A stretch of DNA of 64,000 bases. Origin: Balamuthia mandrillaris. Lineage: Eukaryota. The stretch spans positions 1 through 64,000 of the forward strand of contig JAVKOQ020000103.1 in NCBI GenBank assembly GCA_031835245.2. The letters are read 5' to 3'. The position numbers and the translations under genes are program-made. This document shows positions 12,217 through 23,723 of the stretch, in pieces. A model generated the notes under the pieces. That model searched no databases, had not been told where the DNA came from, and worked only from the letters and a program-made list of their open reading frames with translations. Every line of letters starts with the position of its first letter. Position 1 is the stretch's first letter.

Positions 12217-14490
12217 AGGGAGGGAGGGAGGGAGGGAGGGAGGGAGGAGGGAGGGAGGGAGGGAGGGAGGGGGAGGGAGGGAGGGAGGGAGGGAGGGAGG
12301 GAGGGAGGGGGAGGGAGAGGGAGAGAAAGAAAGAGAGGGTGGGAGAGAAGGAAATTGCATACTCCTTCCTCTTGACTGAAGACGCCGAAAGATATGTCAT
12401 TGTCTACTGTGCTGAACTCCCATGCCAGATTCAAATTCGAGGCTTCCACATTTACAACCACTTCATGCACAGCTTTAAAGAAACAAGTTAGAAGAAGAAG
12501 AAGAACAAGAAGAAGGAGAACAGGAGAAACAAGCAGAACTAAAACAACTACAAAGGATGAGGAGAAGACCAAGAATATAATGCACCTTTTCTTCCAACCA
12601 TTACCTGAATAGGCAAACGGTTCGTTCCATTTTCTTCTCGTTCAACTCCATCAAAAGCGCCTCCGCCAGGAATACAATGTCTCTCCGATGCTTCAGTCGC
12701 CTTCTCATCTTTTTCTTTGTTTTTACTCTTTTCCATCTCTTCTCCTTCGTTTCCTTCATTTTCTTTTGGGAGAAAAGAACGATAGAGCACTTCCTGTCGC
12801 TCTGAGTCCCAAAAAGGAACAACCACTTCTGTTTCGTCATGAAAGTATCCCTGACAGGAGGTTCCTCCACAGTCGCAGTTGCCTCCGTACGCTTTAGGAA
12901 GGTTATCCTCATGGATGGCTTCCACTAAAGCCTCTTTGTAATCGGCTCCTAACACATGTACCTGGTTTTGTTTTAACGTTAGGTTTTTCTGTGATGCACC
13001 GAGAGCAAGAGCGAGAGCGAGAGCGAGAGAGTGGGAGAGAGGGAGAAGCGAGAGAGAGGGAGAGAGGGAGAGAGGGAGAGGAGGAGGAGGAGGAGGAGGA
13101 GGAGGAGGAGGAGAGGAGAGGGAGGGAGGGAGGAGAAGAGGGAGAGAGAGAGAGAGAGAAGAGAGAGGAGAGGGGGAGGGGGAGGGGAAGAGAGAGAGGG
13201 AGGGGAAGAGAGAGGGAGAGAGAGGGAGAGAGGAAAAGATAAGGAAAGAAATGACAAGAAACTAGAAGGAACGATAAGCAATAAAGAACGACAAGGAATG
13301 TCGAAAAAAGAGACAAATAACCACCTTGCTAAGAGTCTTTGGGTCTAATAAAGGTCGGATCATACGAAACGCCATTGTAAACAGTTTTGGTGCATTGATA
13401 ACATAAAACGCTTTCAAGCATTCTGTTTTCGTTTTCGTGTTTGTTAAAGTAATGCTAAGAAAGTAAGAAAGAACAAACAAAACTAAAACTAAAGCCAAGT
13501 TTAAAAAATAAATAATAATAATTATAACAAACCAGGATAGTTGGCTTCATCGATGGCAACAATCTGTTTGAAGACATCGATGGCAGGGCCGTGCATGTGC
13601 GACCATCCCAAACCCGCCAGGTCCGCCACTATCACTTGTGGAAACTTGTTCGTGCCTTCCTTGCTGGACATTTCTTTCTTTCTGTTCATGTTTTTGTGTT
13701 TGTGTGCTTGATGAACAAGAGATACCAACAACAAGTAAAAGAACAGCACAAATAAAGAAGAACAGACGCACAAAAGACGAGCGTATTCCTGCTGCCAGAC
13801 GTGATACCGGATGCACTCCTCTTTGGGAACGGCGGAGACCAAGGCCTTGGCATCGGCCACCCCTATCCGCTCGAAGAGAACGAGGCTGCCCTCTCGGTCG
13901 GTCTTGTGGAAGCGGGAGGGCCAGTAGCGATGAAGCAGGAGGAAGTAGTCGCTCTTGGGAGCTTCCTCCAAGATGTTGTCTGCTCCGACTTGTTTTCTCC
14001 ATTTCTTTTCGTGGTTTTGTATTTTTAAAAGAAAAAAGAAAAAAGAAAAAGAAAAAGAAAAAGAAAAAGAAAAAGAAAAAGAAAAAGAAAAAGAAAAAGA
14101 AAAAGAAAATGAAAAAGAAAAAAGAAAAAGAGAAGAAAACAAACCAACGAAGCGGAGAGCATGTCTTTGGCTTTTTGCACGTTTTGGTGGCGAGCCCGAA
14201 GAAAACGGCGAACGGTGTAGTCATCGTGGATGTCCCTGTCGAACTCTGGTGTGTCCTCATCGGCGGCCAACAAAGCCAACACCTCCTTCACTCGCTTTTT
14301 TTTTTTTGTGTGTGAAGAGCGTTACCGATAATTTTGTTAAAGATGAAGATAAGAAATAGTTTCAAAAAAAAAAAAGTGAAGAACAAAAAACCACCACACG
14401 CTGCGAACGCGTAAAAAAAACATTTACCTCCGCTTCCTCTTCGCGAAACTTTTGTTTCTCCTCCTCCGTTCGCTCCTTTTTGCTTCTCAT
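11914..14490 (-). CDS. Sec14/CRAL-TRIO lipid-binding protein with C-terminal GOLD domain (multi-exon)
   Basis: DDYTVRRFLRAR (CRAL-TRIO N), HKTDREG, IDEANYP, YVINAPKLF, VLGADY, LPKAYGG. GOLD segments WEFST.DNDISFGVF and PGRYVLVWDNSFS. Confidence 0.9.
12134..12346. repeat. (GA)n/(GGGA)n polypurine tract in a Sec14 intron
   Basis: Simple repeat; the ORFs predicted across it are artefacts. Confidence 0.9.
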
Positions 14491-14564
14491 CTTCTTTTTA
14501 TAAGAGATTAGATCAATCTATGATCATGGGCCAATGATAAATCAGTTAACTTTTGAATTCCATC

Positions 14565-14575
14565 GGTTCGACTCC
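14565..14575 (+). promoter_or_regulatory. Isolated B-box (GGTTCGACTCC) without a tRNA, upstream of the Sec14 gene
   Basis: Perfect match to GGTTCGANTCC; the flanks do not fold into a T-arm or cloverleaf. Confidence 0.35.
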
Positions 14576-14794
14576 AAGCGTTTGCTTTTTTTTTTTGTTT
14601 GTCGAACCACGAGAAAGAAAGAACGAAGCAAGAGCGCTTTGCGAGCCGCTGGCCATGCCGCCTTTCGTTTGCAGGTTCGCCAAGTGTCCTTCCGGCCACG
14701 GGTACGCCAAGACGGTCACCAAGCTTTACAAGCAAGAAACTTTTATTTACATTGGTGTTCCCTTCTTCTCCTTCTTCTTCTTCTTCACCCCTCA

Positions 14795-15547
14795 TTATCT
14801 CCTTTTACTCAGTTCGCGCTTTTGCATGTCGGCCATGGAGGCAATGAGAGCGGAGAGAAGAAGCATGAACCACACGTTCTCTCCTGCTTTTACCTCCAAC
14901 CCAAACTGAGCTGTCCCCAAGTTGTCCAAACGGAGGCGTTTCAACCTGCCCACCTCTCGGCTGCCTCTCATGATGGAGTTGTTGATCGTCAACACCGAAG
15001 TCCCTTCCACTGTCAAACTCGTTGGCTGTGCTTGTGGAGATTCAGCGGCTTCATCATCATCGCCTTGTTGGATGCTTTTCATCGGCTGTGAGTGCTGAGG
15101 AAAGTCTACTTGCCAGCTGCACGTTCCAAGCGTCACTCGGGTTGCCTGAAAGAAGAACCCGTAAGAGAAAGGAGGAGGAGAAAGAAGAGGAGAGCGTCTT
15201 ACAGTGATGGCGGCCATCGGTTGGGCTTCCTGAAGCACCGTCCACGTCCAAGACGAGCCCGTGATGCTGCTACAGCAAGCTGCGGCCATGACCTGCCTGC
15301 CCTGAAGGTCCAGCAGCTCAAAGGTGGGCAGGCCGAAGAGGTTTTTGGCCTTCAAGCTGAAGATTTGTCCGACCGTTCCGTTCTCTTCCAGGAAGACCTC
15401 TTTCCTTTGGTAGAAGTTTAAGGCTTTGCTTTCAATGACCAAGGAAAGGTCTTTGGGGGCAGTTGGAGGAAGGACATTACAGGACGGTTGTTGCGCTTCG
15501 GTCTTCGCCTTGTTTGTTGTGGGGTTGTTCGCCTTGAAGAGGAACAT
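14795..15547 (-). CDS. LURP-one-related / scramblase-like (Tubby C-terminal-like fold) protein, probably one short intron near 15150-15200
   Basis: Beta-strand-rich body (TFELLDLQGRQVM, LTVEG, REVGRLKR). C-terminal FGLEVKAGEN followed by the hydrophobic helix WFMLLLSALIA, typical of this family. Confidence 0.55.
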   Translation of the reverse strand: MFLFKANNPTTNKAKTEAQQPSCNVLPPTAPKDLSLVIESKALNFYQRKEVFLEENGTVGQIFSLKAKNLFGLPTFELLDLQGRQVMAAACCSSITGSSWTWTVLQEAQPMAAITVRRSPLLSPPPFSYGFFFQATRVTLGTCSWQVDFPQHSQPMKSIQQGDDDEAAESPQAQPTSLTVEGTSVLTINNSIMRGSREVGRLKRLRLDNLGTAQFGLEVKAGENVWFMLLLSALIASMADMQKRELSKRR

Positions 15548-15849
15548 TCTTGTTAACGAAGAAGAGAAAGTGTTTTTGTGAACGTTAGGTTGTTGTGGAA
15601 TGGATGGATGTTAATAACAAAGTATTGTTTGCAGAGGAGCATTTGTAGTTGGTCAAAAAAAAAATGGAGTATTCCAACAACGCCCGCCTCCACGAGGCAA
15701 TTCCACAGAAGAGCTAATCTCGTTTCCTTCTTCCATCAGAGATTTCTTTGTTTTGAGAAATTAGGTCATGGACACACGTCTTCGAGGTTCCCCTAGAGTT
15801 CTCCTCCCTGTCCGCTCACTCTCCTCTCTGTCTCCTCTCGCTTGTCGTT

Positions 15850-16392
15850 TCTTCATCCTTCTCTTCATCGTTCTCTTCTCTTCATCGTTCTCTTCTCTTC
15901 GCTTCATCGTTCTCTTCTCTTCTCTTCTCTTCATCGTTCTCTTCTCTTCATCCTTCTCTTCATCGTTCTCTTCTCTTCATCGTTCTCTTCATCGTTCTCT
16001 TCTCTTCATCGTTCTCTTCTCTTCATCGTTCTCTTCTCTTCATCGTTCTCTTCTCTTCATCGTTCTCTTCTCTTCATCGTTCTCTTCTCTTCTCTTCATC
16101 GTTCTCTTCTCTTCTCTTCTCTTCTCTTCTCTTCTCTTCTCTTCTCTTCATCGTTCTCTTCACTTCTCTTCTCTTCTCTTTTCTTCTCTTCTCTTCTCTT
16201 CTCTTCTCTTCTCTTCTCTTCTCTTTTCTCTTCTCTTCTCTTCTCTTCTCTTCTCTTCTCTTCTCTTCTCTTCTCTTCTCTTCTCTTCTCTTCTCTTCTC
16301 TTCTCTTCTCTTCTCTTCTCTTCTCTTCTCTTCTCTTCTCTTCTCTTCTCTTCTCTTCTTCGTTCTCTCTTCTCTGCTCTTCTCTGCTCTTC
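15850..16392. repeat. (CTTCT)n / TCATCGTTCTCTTCTCT pyrimidine mini/microsatellite
   Basis: A compound 17/22-nt unit decays into pure (CTTCT)n. Confidence 0.95.
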
Positions 16393-16902
16393 CCTTCACC
16401 GTTACCTCTTCAACCCTCTGCATTCCTCGATAAGCTTCAGTTTCAACGATGTTTTTATTTTATGAGGGAGCGATGCAGACAGTTCACCTCTTCTTCAACA
16501 CGCATCCCTCGAGAAACTATCACCTACACCAACGACGTTCAAGCTCAGATAATGAAGCAATCCTAGACAACTTTTCTCTCAAGGACCCATTCTTCCTCGC
16601 CCATTTTAGTAACTCTCATGGCTGGCCATTGGACACAGCTGGGTCCCAAGTGAGCTCCCTTTCTAACTCGTCATAGCCTCTTACTGTCCTTTCAACGCTG
16701 TATTTTTTATTTATTTCTTTACTTTTGCAATCTTCAACCAAGTTTTTAACAAAGAGAAAAGGGAGCAAGGGTGGGCAGGTGCGTGGAGTGAGAATTCGTG
16801 TTACTTGTGCTTGTGCTTGATTTTGCTTTGGTTTCCCTCCTCGTCGTCCTCTTCTTCTTTCTTTGAAGAATACCTCGACTGCAACACAAACACCTTGTTT
16901 TA

Positions 16903-18504
16903 TTAGGCACTGCCGCCCAAAAGTAAGAGCCACTCTGCCACGTGCTCTTGCCCTCTCTCTTCTGCGATGTTCCTCAGTTGATCCACGTCCAACAGACCAT
17001 CCTCGCTTTGTTGTCTGGCCCACTTCATCACGTCCAAATGACCGTACTTGGCTGCTTTAAGACAGATTTCCTTCAGGGGAAAGCAGCCAATCTCTTTCAT
17101 CCACTTCAACACATTCACATTTCCTCCTGCTGCCGCTGCTTTACATACACTCTTCCGAAAGTTTTCTTGGTAAGCATCTGTCAATAAACTGGTGTTCTCT
17201 TCCATCCACACCAAAATATCCAAATGTCCACTTCTTGCTGCCCTCCAGATGATTCCCTTCTCATTCTGTTCCCACCCCTTCTCTCTGAGCCACTTCAGCA
17301 TCTCCAAGGATCCCTCACCTGCTACATCACAGCACACTTGTGTCTTGTCCCAAGGGCATCCATTCTCTATGGCCCACTTCAGCACTTTCCACTGTCTAAA
17401 TGCTGCCCAATAGCCAACTTTGTCATTCCAAGGGCATCCATTCTTGCTTACCCATTTCAGCACTTTCAGGTGTCCTCCTTTTGCTGCTGCAATGCATGTT
17501 TCTTCATTCCATGGGCAACCTTGTTCTCTTGCCCACTGCAAAATGTCCAGATGTCCTCCGCGAGCAGCACCTGCACATGTTTTCTCGTCCCATGGACAGC
17601 CTTGTTCACGAAGCCACTTCAGCACCTCCATACGTCCATTCTCAGCTGCACAGCTACAGGCCTCTTCATCCCAGGGACATCCTTGCTCCCTCGCCCATCG
17701 CAACACCTCCCAACGGCCGTTACCCGCTGCCTGAGCACAAACATATGGGCTCCAATCGCAACCATTTTGTCTGGCCCATTTCAGCACATCCAAGTGGCCT
17801 TTACGGGCGGCGCTGACACAGGTGGACGCACTCCACTCGCAGCCATGTTCTCGAGCCCATTTCAGCACCTCCAAGTGTCCTCCCTCTGCTGCCTGGCTGC
17901 AAGTGAATATGTCCCATGGACAGCCTTGTTCACGAAGCCACTTCAGCATCTCCAGGTGTCCCTTCAAAGCTGCTTCACTGAACACCAGCCCTCGCGGGGG
18001 AGGGAACCCGTTGTCAATATACCATTGCCAGCCGAGGTGATAAGAGGACCTAAAAGTCGGCCACGCACAGCCTTTCTCCCGCAACCACTGAACCATTTCT
18101 AACCGTCCACTTCTTGCGGCTTTGCCACAGATATCCTCCCACCAGGGGCAACCCTCCTTTCGCAGCCACTTGAGTGCCTCCAAATGTCCTTCTTCTGCCG
18201 CTTCATCGCAAAGAGCCTTGTTCAGGGGCATGGCATGTTCCTCTCGCAACCACTTCAGCACTGCCACGTTCCCCTGCCCAGCCGCTGCTCGGAAGGTTTC
18301 TCTCTGCAAAGGGCAACCTTGCTCCGTCACCGCCCACTGCAACAACTCCAGGCGCTGGCAGAGTGCCGTCACGTCGAAACGGTTCCTTTGATGCGGGGAA
18401 ACGCAAGCGAACCAGCGCTTGCATGTCCTTGCGGCGATGGCTTGGGTGCCCTCAGGAAGCATCTCCAGGGCGTAACTCACCAGCTCTTCCGGTAACTCCT
18501 CCAT
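16903..18504 (-). CDS. F-box-like plus ankyrin-repeat protein (533 aa, intronless)
   Basis: MEELPEELVSYALEML...AARTCKRW, then more than 12 GCPWDE.TC..AA.GGHL..LKW repeats. Confidence 0.9.
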   Translation of the reverse strand: MEELPEELVSYALEMLPEGTQAIAARTCKRWFACVSPHQRNRFDVTALCQRLELLQWAVTEQGCPLQRETFRAAAGQGNVAVLKWLREEHAMPLNKALCDEAAEEGHLEALKWLRKEGCPWWEDICGKAARSGRLEMVQWLREKGCAWPTFRSSYHLGWQWYIDNGFPPPRGLVFSEAALKGHLEMLKWLREQGCPWDIFTCSQAAEGGHLEVLKWAREHGCEWSASTCVSAARKGHLDVLKWARQNGCDWSPYVCAQAAGNGRWEVLRWAREQGCPWDEEACSCAAENGRMEVLKWLREQGCPWDEKTCAGAARGGHLDILQWAREQGCPWNEETCIAAAKGGHLKVLKWVSKNGCPWNDKVGYWAAFRQWKVLKWAIENGCPWDKTQVCCDVAGEGSLEMLKWLREKGWEQNEKGIIWRAARSGHLDILVWMEENTSLLTDAYQENFRKSVCKAAAAGGNVNVLKWMKEIGCFPLKEICLKAAKYGHLDVMKWARQQSEDGLLDVDQLRNIAEERGQEHVAEWLLLLGGSA

Positions 18505-18754
18505 TATTCTTCTTCCCTCTTCTTCTCCGTTGTGCGCTTCTCCTTTGTTCCCCAGTTTTTATAATCTCTCACCCACGCTACTTGGGCACGAAAGTTATGG
18601 AATGAGGATTTGGAAGAGAAGAAAAAGCCAGAAAAATGGGGTTCGTTCCCTCGTGTGTGAGTGGTCCAAGGACCAGCCCCCACGTGCTCTCTGCTGCAAA
18701 TTAATTAACTAATTATCCACGAGGGTTCGTGATAGATCTCAAGTTGATCTAAAG

Positions 18755-18789
18755 GTCGACAACATTATGTCGACAAAAACTGTGTCGAC
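18755..18789. promoter_or_regulatory. Triple GTCGACAA motif cluster in the divergent ankyrin/LOG promoter
   Basis: GTCGAC at 18755, 18769 and 18784, each followed by AA. The same hexamer recurs in other intergenic regions. Confidence 0.45.
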
Positions 18790-18895
18790 AAAAACATAAG
18801 AAAAGAAAAGAAAGACAAACGAAGAAGAGAAGAGGCAAACTTTGTCCAACGTTGTAACTTGGGAAACGAATCGAAAAAATCTTCCAAAAAAAAAA

Positions 18896-19720
18896 ATGAA
18901 GTCCGTCTGCGTTTTCTGTGGCTCCAAGGAAGGCAAAAACCCCGACTTCATGTCCGGCGCTAGGGCCATGGGGGAGGAGCTGGCCGCTCGCGGGCTCTCC
19001 TTGGTCTACGGCGGAGGGACCGTGGGGTTGATGGGAGCGGTCTCCCGGGCGGTGGTGGCCGGCGGAGGGGAGGTCACGGGCATCATCCCCCGCGCCCTGG
19101 CTCCCAGGGAGATCAGCGGGGAAATGACGGGCAACACCATCTTTGTCTCCAGCATGCACGAGAGGAAGGCCATGATGGCGGAGAAGAGCGACTGCTTTGT
19201 GGCGCTGCCGGGCGGCTTTGGGTAAGCAAGAAGATCAATTGCTTTTTTTTTCTTTTTTTTTTTTGAAGTGAAGGAATGAAAGAAAGAAGACGCTGAGAGC
19301 GGTTTGATGCATGTTCACACAGAACGTTTGAAGAACTGTTCGAGATCATCACCTGGCTTCAATTGGGCATTCACAACAAACCCATTGGTACTCTTCCTCT
19401 CTCCCATTCCCTTCTTTGCTTCTCTGGTACTAACAGCGTTCTCTGTTGTCCCCGCCTTTCTAGGATTGTTGAACATCGAGGGCTACTACGAGCCGCTGTT
19501 AGCGTTGGTGCAACGCGGCTACGAGCAAGGCTTCATCGGAGAGGAATACAAGGACATGCTCGTCGTGGCCGACAACGCCAAGGACCTTTTGGATGGCCTC
19601 GAGCGGCATCAGCCTCCTCCTCCCATGAAGAACTTTGATTGGAAGAAGAAAGCAGAAGAAGAAGCAGAAGAAGAAGCGAAGGAAGAGCAGCCAGTCCATC
19701 TTTCCATGAAGGAAACGTGA
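18896..19720 (+). CDS. LOG: LOG-family nucleotide 5'-monophosphate phosphoribohydrolase (cytokinin-activating type), 3 exons
   Basis: SVCVFCGS, LVYGGGTVGLMG, MHERKAMM, ALPGGFG|TFEE (PGGxGTxEE split by an intron), TWLQLGIHNKPIG, LLNIEGYY. Confidence 0.92.
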
Positions 19721-19791
19721 ATGAAGCTTTGATGTTGCTTTTCTTTTTCCTTTGTATTTCTGAGGTGAGAGAGAGAAGAGAGAAAGTGGTA

Positions 19792-20181
19792 CTAGAAAAA
19801 GTGTTCACTGATGGTGCCATCGTGATAGTCGCCTGCTTGGAGTTTGTCTCGCTGTACCAAAAATGTGGAGCCTTCACGATGGTGATGGTTGCAGTTCATG
19901 CGATGCCATTCAAAATGGTTGTCGCAAGCCAAAGCGTTTGGTACGTATTGAAGTCCTGTTCTTGACCTTTTCGGTGTTGTAAGATAAACAGGGACAAACA
20001 AGAAGAAAGGAAGAGAAGGAAGAAAAAGAAGGCATACCATGAAGCGGTAACCATAGAATAGTGGCGATCAAAGAGCTTATCCAAACAGTCGGAGCAAGTG
20101 AGCAACTTGTAAACGTTTGTTTCTCTGCATGTGGACTTGCAACATTTGACCTGTTTAAAACAAAATACGTTGGTCAAATTC

Positions 20182-20225
<44 letters not shown>

Positions 20226-22102
20226 GAGGGGGGGAATTAAGGACAAACAAAGCTAACCTGTCGTCTTAGTTTGTAGGAATAAAGTTCATTGTGCGAAGGA
20301 AAGCGAAGCAAATGATCGGCAAGATGACCGTTGCTGTCACAGAAAGCGGTATCACAGGTGAGGCAGTGCACCAGATTGGCTTCGTTTCTGCATTGAGTGC
20401 ATCTTGCTTCTTTGTTCTTTCCGAGTTGTTGACATCTATTTGTTGTGAGTGAGACTGAACAATGAAGAAAGGAGAAAGAAGAATATACAGAGAATAAAGA
20501 ACGAAAAAATGAAGAATGAAGAAAGGGGTGATAAAGAAAAAGGAATGGAAAACAAGAACAAAAGAGAACAAACCTTTTATACATGTCTCTTTGTCTTTTG
20601 CTGTAAATAACTTTACTGTCGTTGTAGTCGGCCACTTCATCTTCGTCTTGTCCTGCTGGTTCTGTGTGACCAACAACAGGAATGCCAATAAAGGCAGTGC
20701 AGTCCTTGGGTAAGTGGCCTGTTCGTGTACATTTCCAACTATTTTGGATCATCAAATAAGGGTTTAGAAAAAGCCAAACATGCATAAAGGAGAAGAAAGG
20801 TAACAAGAAGTAAAACAAAACACAAGCATAGAAAGTAGAAAAAGAAAGAAGATAAAGAAAAAAGAAAAGAAGAGAAAGAAGGAGAATGAAGATTTTAATG
20901 TACCATTTGTAGGTTGATAAACTGCTCATTCGTGGCTGAACTTTTGAAGAATCACGACTAAATACATCAGGAGCCATTTCAGGTGGCAGAAGAGCTTGTC
21001 GTCCATTGGGAGAGGGATGTCTACCTGCCCCTCTATCCTTCCTTTTTCTATCATGGCATTTGTTTAGATTAGGCACAAGTGCTGTGTAGGAAGCTAGCGG
21101 ACCCTCTGGATTTGCTATTGTCGGCATTCGTTTTGGCTACATGTTAGTTCGATAACGAAGAAACAAAGAGAAGAAGGAAAGCAAGAAAGGAGCAAGAAGA
21201 AGAATAAGGAAAAGCATAAAGAAGAACAAACGATGCGGAGGAAGCGTACATTGTTGCTTTGTTACAAGTTCTTCAAGTTGCACGAACGAAGGCATCATCT
21301 TAGACCCGCCTGTTGCTTGTTCTCTTTGTTGATAGTCTTCCTCCTTGCTCCCTTTATCTTTTTCCTCTTCAGCCACTTCCTCCTCTTCTTCTTGCGAAAA
21401 CGCCGACGCCACCATTGCTGCGAGCCCCAACGCACCTCCCCCGCCTCTGTCTTCTTGCTCTTCCTCCTCCTCTTCCTTTGCTGTGCTTATTCTTCTTCGC
21501 TTCTTCGATGAAGCCAAAGAAGAGGCAAAAGAAGGCAAGGAGTGCCGTCCTTCCTCTCTCAGCAGCTCTTCTTCTTTTTCCTCGTTCGCTTGTTCGATGC
21601 CAAACAGGTCCCCTTCCAGCTCGTCTTCTTCTTCTTCTGCTCCTCTTTCTTCTTCGTTGTTGCGGGTGGCAGCTGCTGCTTGTGGTTCTAGCAGGGTGAC
21701 GAGTGGCCGTTGAGGTCGAACGGGCGCCCCATAGGTTCCGGTGTAGGGATTGAATCGTTTTGGTAGGCTGGCGCGTCTTCGTTTCTGGTTCGCTCCTATC
21801 CTCAAATCTTAGTTCACAACTACACACACAAAAGAGAAGAAGAGCAACGATAATGAATGACACACCAACCGCCACCATAGCAACAAACAACAAACATCAA
21901 CAGAAGAGGAGAGCAAAGAAGAAGATAATGAAAAAACACATTAAATACCGTTTTGCTTAGAGGGCATGTCAATCCCGGTGGAAGTGGAAGTGGAAGTGGA
22001 AGCCACCACGTCCTTCGTCCCCGTGTCGCCAGCAACGAGCTTGTACGTCTGCAGCGTGTCGAGCATGCACGACAGGGGGGAGCTCCTGCTGCTACGGGAC
22101 AT
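19792..22102 (-). CDS. Zinc-knuckle (CCHC) plus further Cys/His zinc-finger protein (multi-exon)
   Basis: WKCTRTGHLPKDC knuckle, C..C...CLTC...C...HL..H, KCCKSTC, CSDC, and a terminal exon CDNHFEWHRMNC...ISEHFF*. Exon 1 (22102-21949) splices in frame to the 21137-21805 ORF. Confidence 0.65.
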
Positions 22103-22289
22103 CTTTCTTTTCTTCTTGCTTGTTGTTTTTTGCGGACAAATGACCACTTTTTGTTTAGAGCTGCTGCACAAATAAGCTTAAACTTCATGACGACGCGATG
22201 CAACTTGGTACTTTAGCGGCAGGAAGGAACAAGGGAGACGAGAGAGAACTGGAACAAAAAAAAGAACAAATGGGTCGGTTTCCACGATG

Positions 22290-23242
22290 CTAGCTGGAAG
22301 CATAGTCCTCTTCCATCAACGGCATCCCCTCGAACGAATGGCTGCTGGTGGTGGCCGTTCTGCTCCCATAGTAGTCGTAGTAATTGTAGTCCTCCTCCTT
22401 CTTGCCCTCCCTCCACCGCAGCCCCTGAATGCAGAGTATGGCCGCGCCGAGCAGGCCAAACAGCAGGTCCAGGATGACGTAGAAGAGGGCGATGCTCCAC
22501 AGGGCCGTGGGCTTGCAGAAAATATCGTCGCACAGCTGCTTGCGGTACTGCGCGTCGCACCACCCGGAAAGCCCGGAGAGGATGATGCTGCCCCAAATGC
22601 CAAAGGCAGGCAGTATGAAGAACAGCCAGGAGAGGCTCAGCAGAGCGGTGATGGACTTGAGCTTACGCCCTGTGGGTACCCTGCGCAAAGGGAACAGCGG
22701 TTGCCCACGATAGAAGGGGTCCACAGACGGATCCGGCAGGGAGATACAGGCGAAGCAGAGGACAATGCAGGAGGCGCCGATGGGGATGGTGGCGATGAAG
22801 GTGGAGAGGGTGTAGACGTAGAGGTGGTGCTTGGACTCGCATTCGTACTCGGAGGTGAGGAAGTGGTCTTGTACCACCAGGGCTATGACGGTAATGATGA
22901 TCACTATAGCGCGGAGGTCAGAGTTACATTACTTGGTCCGTCCAGAAAGACAAGAGAGAGAAGAGAGGGAGAGAGAGAAAAGAGAGAGAAGAGAAAGTAA
23001 TAGACAAGAGAGAGAAGAGAGAGGAGAGAGAGAGAAGAGAAAGTAATAGAATAGAGAAGTGAGGAGAAAAGAACAAAAGTGGAGAGAAGAAAGAAGAGAA
23101 AAAATGAGAAGGCAAAAACGACAGAACGAAGAAACTAGAGAAGCAACAGCCAAAGAAGAGAAAAGCAAGAGCGGTACAAACCCCCAATAATGAAGAGCAT
23201 GAAGAGCACGCCCTTAACGAGAGTCCAACCGGAAGGACTCAT
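22290..23242 (-). CDS. Hypothetical multi-pass membrane protein (start uncertain)
   Basis: The GC-rich exon 22290-22920 has about 4 hydrophobic segments. The upstream exon near 23130-23242 is tentative. Confidence 0.5.
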
Positions 23243-23723
23243 GATGCTTCTTTTTATTTCAACCACCTCTTATAAGCAAAAGGAACAAGCAAGCCCACCC
23301 ACCATGCAGTCCTCCTCCTCGTTCCTTCTTTTTCTGTTGGTTTTAAACAAGCCAACAGGTTATATTCATTTCGGGAAATTGAACAATCTCCTACTATGCG
23401 AAATAGCAATAGTTGTTTTCGTGACATTCCGAAACTTAGTATCGTTGCAGTTTCTTTTTTGTGCTACGTTGGTCCTCCTTTGCTTCCTGGTCATCCCAAT
23501 GAACAACAAGTTGCTAAAGTTTGAATGCCAACAGGCCAGTGCTTAGCCACCCCCAACTCCTTTTGCTCCCCGTCCTTGGAGGAGATTTGATCAATATCCA
23601 TGACGTCATGGAATTGATCTTGCATTTTTTCAAAACTCCAATCATATTTCATATTTCCTAGTGATCCATCCGTGTCGACGTGGAATTACTTTTGGTTGGA
23701 CGAAGAAAGAAAGAAACGAAAAA

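Noticed and set aside
22287..23000. 237-aa + strand ORF
   Set aside because: It is probably an antisense shadow of the GC-rich membrane-protein exon on the - strand. Intron polarity supports the - strand.
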